NCBI GenBank assembly: GCA_041640575.1
Contig: JBEPZZ010000046.1
Location: 1 to 13,701, forward strand
DNA from: Pseudothermotoga sp.
Lineage (GTDB): Bacteria; Thermotogota; Thermotogae; Thermotogales; DSM-5069
Direction of reading: 5' to 3'
DNA: 13,701 nt
The stretch's first letter is position 1. Each line of letters starts with the position of its first letter. Shown here piece after piece: positions 7,920 through 13,701 of the stretch. Position numbers and translations under genes: made by a program. The notes below the pieces were generated by a model. It was given only the letters and a program-made list of their open reading frames with translations, made no database searches and had not been told where the DNA came from.

Positions 7920-9068
7920 TCATGGAAGAATCCTTCTTGCCCCTATGTACTTTAAGTCCAGAGTCTGCGAGTAGTCCGGAGCCGAAGGATCAAAACTATT
8001 TATCGCAACTCCGCTATTTCCAGAATGAATGTACTTCATGTTCCCAATGTAGATTCCTATATGCGATGGCCCTGGCTTGTAAGTTTGGAAGAAAACTAAG
8101 TCACCAGGTTTCAAATATTTTCTCTCCGTCACCGCAATACCTTGCTCAAATTGCATGTCTGCATCTCTTCTCAAAAAATACCCAGCCATTTTAAAACAAA
8201 ACTGAGTAAATCCAGAACAATCAAATCCATAAGCAGTTGTCCCACCCCACAAATATGGCAGACCTAGGTATTGTTTTGCAATCTCAATTATGTATTGAGC
8301 ATCTCTCTTTTCACTGAAAACATCCTCACGCGACGGAAAAAACCTTAAATCTTTGCTTTTTACATAAACCTCAAGACCACCAGGAATCAAAAGTTTCGAC
8401 CAATCATCTTGTCTATCTAAGACAGGTAAAACTGTACCCTGAACTAGATTTTTATCAAAAGCGGCGTCACCATCAGGACTAACAAGTGCTGGTGTCATCT
8501 TGGCAACGACAAGTGCAAATTCGTTTGAAACATATTGCTTCAATTGCTTTTCGTCACAGATCCATATTTTTTTTCCATCAACCCATCCCAAGTATCGGTC
8601 CTCCATCTGAACAAGATACCAACCATCTTTCGTTTCCAATAATCTTAAGATTTCACCCATTCTTGCTTGCGTGACAACGTATTTTCCAACATCTCTCCAA
8701 GGCGCTTCCCCAAGGTTTAAAACCGGCACAGCCACTATACCGTAGATTTTTGTACCAAAAGACATGCTCGGGAGTAACTCGATTCTTACTTCAGCGGATG
8801 GAATCTTTGACTCAACCAGACTTAAGAACTTTTCCATCACATTTTTGTCACTGATTTTACCTTCCAAGACTAACTTTTCACTATCTTCCTTGAGGGAAAC
8901 ATCAAACACGATTTCCCTTGGATCAAGCTTCATTTCCTTTTTCATTGATTCAACAACTCTTTTAAACTCTTCAGTAATGCTATTTGTGCTTGAACTTTCC
9001 ATTGTCTGATCACTCCCAAAACAAGAAATTGCAAAAACCAAAACCAAAATAAGCAAGAATTTGTTCAT
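7920..9068 (-). CDS. ykfC: Exported SH3b + NlpC/P60 (C40) peptidase, YkfC-like gamma-D-glutamyl-diamino acid dipeptidyl-peptidase
   Basis: C-terminal PYLWGG...FDCSGF, RRDADMQ, PGDLVFF and SHIGIY...YIHS give a Cys-His-His triad. Two SH3b-like segments (TQARMGE...DGWYLVQ...YLGWV; GTVLPVL...DWSKL...YV). The start is reassigned to the ATG at 9068 (SD AGGTGAG at 9073-9079), giving 382 aa beginning with signal peptide MNKFLLILVLVFAISCFGS. Confidence 0.85.
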   Translation of the reverse strand: MNKFLLILVLVFAISCFGSDQTMESSSTNSITEEFKRVVESMKKEMKLDPREIVFDVSLKEDSEKLVLEGKISDKNVMEKFLSLVESKIPSAEVRIELLPSMSFGTKIYGIVAVPVLNLGEAPWRDVGKYVVTQARMGEILRLLETKDGWYLVQMEDRYLGWVDGKKIWICDEKQLKQYVSNEFALVVAKMTPALVSPDGDAAFDKNLVQGTVLPVLDRQDDWSKLLIPGGLEVYVKSKDLRFFPSREDVFSEKRDAQYIIEIAKQYLGLPYLWGGTTAYGFDCSGFTQFCFKMAGYFLRRDADMQFEQGIAVTERKYLKPGDLVFFQTYKPGPSHIGIYIGNMKYIHSGNSGVAINSFDPSAPDYSQTLDLKYIGARRILP

Positions 9069-9081
9069 AGTTCTCACCTTG

Positions 9082-9972
9082 TCATTGTCGCAACCTTGGG
9101 TCAAAAACATCCCTTAATCCATCACCGAGCAAATTGAATGCAAATACACTGAGCATGATAGCGATACCAGGCCATACCGAATAAAGTGGATTTACCCTCA
9201 TATATGGCCTTGCCGCATATATCATGTTCCCCCAACTTGGAGTTGGTGGCAGGATACCCAAACCCAAGAACGACAAAGATGCTTCTGTCAAAATAGCTGC
9301 AGGAATACCAAGTGTTACTGAAACAATTATGATCCCCATGCAGTTTGGTAGGATATGTTTAACGATTATTCGAAAATCAGATAAACCTTGAGCCTTTGCT
9401 GCCTCAACGTATTCCATTTCTTTGATCGACAAAACTTGACTTCTTATAAGTCTTGCTCTTCCAGCCCAACCAAGTATTGACAGTGCTATGAACAAATTGT
9501 AGATTCCTGGCCCTAACGCAAACATGATGCCAATGTAAAACAAAAGATCTGGAAAAGCAAATAGAATATCAACGATTCGCATTATTACAACATCAATTTT
9601 TCCACCGTAATATCCAGCGAGCGCACCCATTGCAACACCGATAACCGTTACGAGTGCCTGGGTCAAAAAACCTATACTGAGTGAAATTCTTGACCCGTAT
9701 ATAATTCTCGAGAGTATATCTCTACCAAATTCATCAGAACCAAGCAAGTAGATGCCATTTTTGCAGATTTTAGATGGAGAACCAGGAGCTTTTAAACGGT
9801 TGTCAAGATCAATTTTGTTAGGATCTGCAGGTGCAATTAGTGGTGCAAAAATGGCCATAAGGGTAAAAATAACTATCACCACTAGCCCAAACATGGCTGG
9901 TTTCTTCCTTTTCAGCCTTCGCCAAGCATCACGCCAATATGAAATTTGAGTTGATTTTAGGTTTTTTTCCAT
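9082..9972 (-). CDS. oppC: Oligopeptide ABC transporter permease (OppC/DppC-type)
   Basis: N-terminal SYWRDAWRRLKRKK, LLGSDEFGRD, YGSRISL, EAA motif EYVEAAKAQG, HILPN, EASLSFLGLG and C-terminal GDGLRDVFDPR. SD AGGAGGT. Confidence 0.94.
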   Translation of the reverse strand: MEKNLKSTQISYWRDAWRRLKRKKPAMFGLVVIVIFTLMAIFAPLIAPADPNKIDLDNRLKAPGSPSKICKNGIYLLGSDEFGRDILSRIIYGSRISLSIGFLTQALVTVIGVAMGALAGYYGGKIDVVIMRIVDILFAFPDLLFYIGIMFALGPGIYNLFIALSILGWAGRARLIRSQVLSIKEMEYVEAAKAQGLSDFRIIVKHILPNCMGIIIVSVTLGIPAAILTEASLSFLGLGILPPTPSWGNMIYAARPYMRVNPLYSVWPGIAIMLSVFAFNLLGDGLRDVFDPRLRQ

Positions 9973-9985
9973 AACTCAAACCTCC

Positions 9986-10906
9986 TCATTGTAACCTAAT
10001 CCTTGGGTCTAAGAAGGCATAAGATATGTCTACAATCAAGTTCGACAACGTATATACCACAGCCGTGAAAAGAACAGTACCTTGAACAAGTGGATAATCA
10101 CGTGTGGACAAGGCAAGTATAGATAACCTACCCAAACCTGGTATGGCGAAGACTGTTTCAACCAAGAATGAGCCTGTGAGTAAACCTCCTATCTGCATAC
10201 CAATTATGGTAATGATTGGTATCAGAGCGTTTTTCAATGCATGTCCAAATATTACAGATCTTTCTGAAAGGCCTTTGGCCCTGGCCGTTCTAATGTAATC
10301 TTGCCTGATAACATCAAGTAGCGCACTTCTCGCGTAACGAGCAATTGAGGCAGCAAATCTGATTCCCAGTACGAAAGCTGGTAGTATCATATGTTTCCAT
10401 GTTCCATAACCGGAGATTGGAAGCCACTTTAAATTCAAACCAAATATCAACTGAAAGATAACTGCTACCCAGAAAACAGGTGCACTAATTCCAGCGAGAG
10501 CTATTATTCTTGCAGAGTGATCAAAAACAGTATCTTGCTTAATTGCTGATATTATTCCCACCAATATACCAACAACTATCGCAACACTAGCAGAACTTAG
10601 AGCAAGTTTCACAGTTGTTGGAAAAGTGTCCATTATCATTTTCATAACGGGTTGATTTGTTTTGAAAGATCTACCCAAATCTCCGCGCATTGCGTTGAAA
10701 ACAAACCTTCCAAATTGCACAATTACCGGGTCATCCAACCCCAATTGCTTTCTGATTCTTTCTATTGTGGCCTGATCCGCTTGTTTCCCAACCATTTCCA
10801 CAACTGGGTCGCCGGGTACTATGTTTAGAAGGACGAAGGTTATCAAGGAAATCCCCAGAAGCACTGGTATAGCCAGAATCAATCTACGGATAACGTAAGA
10901 TAACAT
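9986..10906 (-). CDS. oppB: Oligopeptide ABC transporter permease (OppB/DppB-type)
   Basis: YVIRRL, PGDPV, GDLGRSF, QDYIRTARAKGL, HALKNALIP, VETVFAIPGLG, RDYPLVQG and LDPRIR. Confidence 0.94.
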   Translation of the reverse strand: MLSYVIRRLILAIPVLLGISLITFVLLNIVPGDPVVEMVGKQADQATIERIRKQLGLDDPVIVQFGRFVFNAMRGDLGRSFKTNQPVMKMIMDTFPTTVKLALSSASVAIVVGILVGIISAIKQDTVFDHSARIIALAGISAPVFWVAVIFQLIFGLNLKWLPISGYGTWKHMILPAFVLGIRFAASIARYARSALLDVIRQDYIRTARAKGLSERSVIFGHALKNALIPIITIIGMQIGGLLTGSFLVETVFAIPGLGRLSILALSTRDYPLVQGTVLFTAVVYTLSNLIVDISYAFLDPRIRLQ

Positions 10907-10927
10907 GGACTTCCACTCCCTTTAAGT

Positions 10928-10953
10928 AAGGGGGAGACAGTTATCTCCCCCTT
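10928..10953 (-). terminator. Intercistronic stem-loop after oppA (partial terminator or mRNA stabiliser)
   Basis: Perfect 10-bp inverted repeat AAGGGGGAGA-N6-TCTCCCCCTT, extendable by TTTAA/TTAAA around a 2-nt bulge. Only a weak U-tract on the - strand (TTACTT). Confidence 0.7.
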
Positions 10954-10971
10954 TTAAACATTAGGAATCTC

Positions 10972-12546
10972 TTACTCTTTCCAGGCGTAGGTGTAAACTG
11001 TTATGCCTGTTGGATGTCTGAATATGCCTTTCACGTTTTTCTGTACTGCCAAAAGGTTCTTCAAATGGAATAATGGAATTATTGCAACATCTTCTTTGAT
11101 GATCACATTTTCAATTTGTCTGTAGATTTGCATTCTTTTTTCTTGGTCCGATTCTACCCTTGCCTCTTCTAGCATGTCTTGAATAACGTTATTATTGTAA
11201 CCACTGGACATCATGTTATTTCTTGCAAAAAACACGTACAAGTAGTTGTCCGGATCTGGTATGTCAGCCCACCAGTTTCCATAGCTTGCCGGTATCTTTC
11301 CCTTTCGACGGGCATCCCTAAAAGCAGCACTCTCCACGGGAATTATTTCAAGGTCAATTCCTACCTCTTTTGCCATTGCTTGAATTATGATGTTAGGATC
11401 CGAGAGTGTATCTCCACCCCACTGCCATGCTTGCACTTTCACGCTGACTCCAGATTTTATTAGTTCATCAACAATTTTTCTAGCTTCCTGCGGGTTGTAT
11501 TCGTAAGCGGGACCTTTCCCGAGCTCATATGCGCCAGGGATCCCTGGGGTTACAAAGCTTGTAGCAACGGTCGCACGTGGTCCAAAAATGCTCTTTGCCA
11601 GTTTTTCTTTGTCTATAGCCATAGCCATGGCTTTCCTGAGTCTGACATCCGACCACATTGGATCACTTACATTCATCAAAAAGTAGTAAGTATTCAAAGC
11701 GACAGTTTCAAGCATCTGATATTTCCCTGTAGCTTTTATTCTCTCGTATTCCACAACAGGTACGACGCAGACATCAAGTGTACCATTCTCGAATTCCATC
11801 AAAGCTGTTGTGGTATCGGGTACAATTCTTATATTGATCTCATTCAAGTATGGAATATTTGGTTCAAAGTAATAAGGGTTCCTCTCCAAAACTATTTCGG
11901 TCTGCGGGACATATCTTTTTAATCTAAATGGACCGGTACCAATAGGATTCAGCTTCCAGTTTTCTCCCAGTGACTTTACTATCTTTTCTGAATAGATTGA
12001 TGCGCCAGGTACCGCCAGATTGTAAATGAATGGGCCATATGGTCTCGCCAGAACTATCTGGAATCTGTAATTATCAATTTTCTTGAATCCTTGAATACTC
12101 GTGGCCTTACCCTCCATGAACTCCTTTGCTCCCAAAATCATGTCAAATAGCCAGGAACTCAAACCTTTTCCTTTTGGATCCAGAGCTCTTTCGATGGTAA
12201 ATCTAACATCGTCAGATGTTAATTCTGTCTTTCCATCGTGGAATCTGATTCCTTTTTTCAACTCAAATGTGTAAACTAGACCATCTTGTGAAACATCAGG
12301 CATTTTTGCAAGAAGTTCAGGTTCCAATTCCAAGGTTTCTCCCTTGTAGCGAACTAAAGTGCTAAAAAGCAATCTACCTAGTGTGTAAACCGACAAAAGA
12401 GTGCTTTCTTGAACATCGAAACCAAGAGGATCACCGGTCAGATAATCATATAGAACACCACCTCTTTTGGGTTGAGATGCCGAAAATCCAACAACACAAA
12501 TCACAACAGCTAAGACTACTACCAAAAACCTAAGTAGCCTCCTCAC
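10972..12546 (-). CDS. oppA: Oligopeptide ABC transporter substrate-binding protein (family 5, OppA/DppA-type)
   Basis: PKRGG, YTFELKKGIRFHDG, DDVRFTIER, PIGTGPF and DVRLRKAMAMAIDK. The start is reassigned to the GTG at 12546 (SD GAGGGGGTG at 12553-12561), giving 524 aa with signal peptide MRRLLRFLVVVLAVVICVVGFSA and no canonical lipobox. Confidence 0.93.
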   Translation of the reverse strand: MRRLLRFLVVVLAVVICVVGFSASQPKRGGVLYDYLTGDPLGFDVQESTLLSVYTLGRLLFSTLVRYKGETLELEPELLAKMPDVSQDGLVYTFELKKGIRFHDGKTELTSDDVRFTIERALDPKGKGLSSWLFDMILGAKEFMEGKATSIQGFKKIDNYRFQIVLARPYGPFIYNLAVPGASIYSEKIVKSLGENWKLNPIGTGPFRLKRYVPQTEIVLERNPYYFEPNIPYLNEINIRIVPDTTTALMEFENGTLDVCVVPVVEYERIKATGKYQMLETVALNTYYFLMNVSDPMWSDVRLRKAMAMAIDKEKLAKSIFGPRATVATSFVTPGIPGAYELGKGPAYEYNPQEARKIVDELIKSGVSVKVQAWQWGGDTLSDPNIIIQAMAKEVGIDLEIIPVESAAFRDARRKGKIPASYGNWWADIPDPDNYLYVFFARNNMMSSGYNNNVIQDMLEEARVESDQEKRMQIYRQIENVIIKEDVAIIPLFHLKNLLAVQKNVKGIFRHPTGITVYTYAWKE

Positions 12547-12633
12547 ACAAAACACCCCCTCATCAAAGTATGGATTTATACTCATTCCATCCAGCTTGAT
12601 CTTTACAGATTCTGCGAAATAGCCTAACAATCC

Positions 12634-12818
12634 ATTTCTCTTCTAGTAAAGAAATTCACCAAAACTGTCTCGACTAACTTGTAGAATACTAGTCCTCATC
12701 TGAGGTTCGCTCCAACAAAGGAAACTAGTATCTGGCATATACAACTGGATTGATGAATTCCAGCTTTAATGTTTTGCCTTCCTCGCCCACCGGAATGCCT
12801 TTTCTCTGGCTCTTCATC
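12634..12818 (-). promoter_or_regulatory. Candidate structured 5' leader of the opp operon (unassigned RNA structure)
   Basis: Three consecutive foldable elements: an interrupted stem-loop at 12752-12818, a three-way junction at 12686-12731 and a hairpin at 12634-12655. None matches a riboswitch consensus that I recognise. Confidence 0.3.
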
Positions 12819-13000
12819 TCACATGCCATGTTCATAAAATTACAAACATTTTTCAATTCACACATAAGTTTATCGCATCAAAAATAATAATTCCTTACTA
12901 CTACAATTACACTTCCAAACTACATTTTCCAAGATTTGCAACCTTCTTTCACACTCTTATAAACTATTTCTTCGCGAACTTCCACGCTTTTGAGGATAAC

Positions 13001-13074
13001 TATCAAGATTAAAAATCTAATTTTTAGTGCAGCATTACGTTTCACGTCAATATTAAGATTAAAACATGTAATTT
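13001..13074. repeat. Imperfect 23/24-bp direct repeat, 50-bp period
   Basis: TATCAAGATTAAAA-ATCTAATTT (13001-13023) versus TATTAAGATTAAAACATGTAATTT (13051-13074): 21 of 24 aligned positions identical. Confidence 0.6.
13021..13050 (-). promoter_or_regulatory. Candidate sigma70-type promoter facing the opp operon
   Basis: The - strand reads TTGACG-N18-TAAAAA (-35 5/6, -10 4/6) and is bracketed by an imperfect direct repeat. Confidence 0.3.
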
Positions 13075-13200
13075 AACTACCACTAAAGCCACATAATAAG
13101 GAAAAAATTACTGAATTTATCGCAGTTCTTATACTGCATTCGTTACTTAAACAGCCCAATTTCATTTTGTGATTTTGTTTAACATCACTGCGAAACAAAT

Positions 13201-13231
13201 TATTTGCTCCCATACGTATGTGTATTTGCTC
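13201..13231. repeat. 9-bp direct repeat enclosing a perfect 10-bp palindrome
   Basis: TATTTGCTC at 13201-13209 and 13223-13231 (22-bp period), with CATACGTATG at 13211-13220 between them. Confidence 0.55.
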
Positions 13232-13701
13232 TACGTTCACAGAAGACCTTAACTAACAACTACAACTTGTGGAATTATTTTATGCGATAGCAAAGCCGTG
13301 CTTGAATTCTTCAGTCTCACTAATGATTCACAACCCCAAGTTTTTCTGTTCCAGAGATTTTGCAAAATGCTAGTTATAGGCTTAATACCTAGCTTTACCG
13401 AATGTTACACAACTTTCCCCGCACGGTCAGAAATAACAAACATAGCTTTACGCTTAAAAATCTAAGTTCATCAATCAGTTTTATTCTTCTCACATTAATT
13501 CTCAATATTATGATATCAATTGTTTTGTGTATAAACATATATTATCATGAATGTATATCATATGTATATTATATCTTGGGAAAGCTAAATATTTATCTTG
13601 AACTCGAAATGTCTAAATTTTACTTGAATACTAATCTTCTGACTCGTCGAAATAGGTTACATTGCTTTTCATAATGTTACGAGCTTTCAGAGATTTCTCA
13701 A

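Noticed and set aside
9069..9110. 14-codon N-terminal extension of the NlpC/P60 ORF
   Set aside because: It would overlap oppC and bury the signal peptide; the ATG at 9068 has a good SD.
685..11463. Short ORFs antisense to or nested in the main genes (e.g. 685-1020, 2145-2585, 2668-3078, 7623-7955, 11179-11463)
   Set aside because: They are shadows of well-supported genes and have no recognisable motifs.
12547..12630. 28-codon N-terminal extension of oppA
   Set aside because: The GTG at 12546 has a strong SD and gives a typical signal peptide at the N-terminus.
12686..12731. Type III hammerhead ribozyme on the + strand (GUC at 12692-12694, GAAAC at 12721-12725, CUGAGG at 12700-12705)
   Set aside because: The core reads CUGAGGU rather than CUGANGA, only 5 nt are available for stem I, and no proper stem II precedes GAAA.
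12560..12830. Known riboswitch (T-box, cobalamin, c-di-AMP/ydaO, lysine, glycine)
   Set aside because: Only short partial resemblances (e.g. AAAAGGCAUUCCGGUG, UUUUGGUGAAU); the required conserved cores and an expression-platform terminator are missing.
13001..13231. CRISPR array or IS ends
   Set aside because: The repeats occur only twice, are short or imperfect and lack regular spacers; no cas or transposase gene is present.
12890..13270. Replication origin (AACTAC-type words resembling the Thermotoga DnaA box AAACCTACCACC)
   Set aside because: Only a few degenerate partial matches such as AACTACCACT near 13075; no array of good boxes and no dnaA context in the window.
13402..13674. 90-aa + strand ORF and its antisense 47-aa ORF (13395-13538)
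   Set aside because: No SD, and the Ile/Tyr/Asn/Leu-rich composition is what AT-rich non-coding DNA produces. A small membrane protein cannot be fully excluded.

Overview
Bacterial chromosomal window with two convergent gene clusters and about 1.15 kb of non-coding DNA at the right end. Strong GGAGGTG-type Shine-Dalgarno sites and the protein style suggest a thermophilic anaerobe such as a Thermotogota member (inference only). The + strand carries the 3' part of an unassigned protein whose C-terminus resembles the TIM barrels of adenosylcobalamin-dependent mutases. It overlaps a KamB-like P-loop protein and is followed by a type IIA P-type Ca2+-ATPase. The - strand carries a seven-gene operon: oppA-oppB-oppC-[exported SH3b/NlpC-P60 YkfC-like peptidase]-oppD-oppF-[N-acyl-D-amino acid deacylase]. 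This looks like a peptidoglycan stem-peptide salvage unit without the usual Ala-Glu epimerase. The upstream non-coding region holds several hairpins, a three-way junction, direct repeats flanking a candidate promoter, and palindromes. The best leads are (1) a putative unclassified B12-dependent mutase with a KamB-like partner and (2) a variant murein-peptide recycling route. No rRNA, tRNA, CRISPR array or mobile element was seen. All family calls come from motif recognition by eye; no searches were run.
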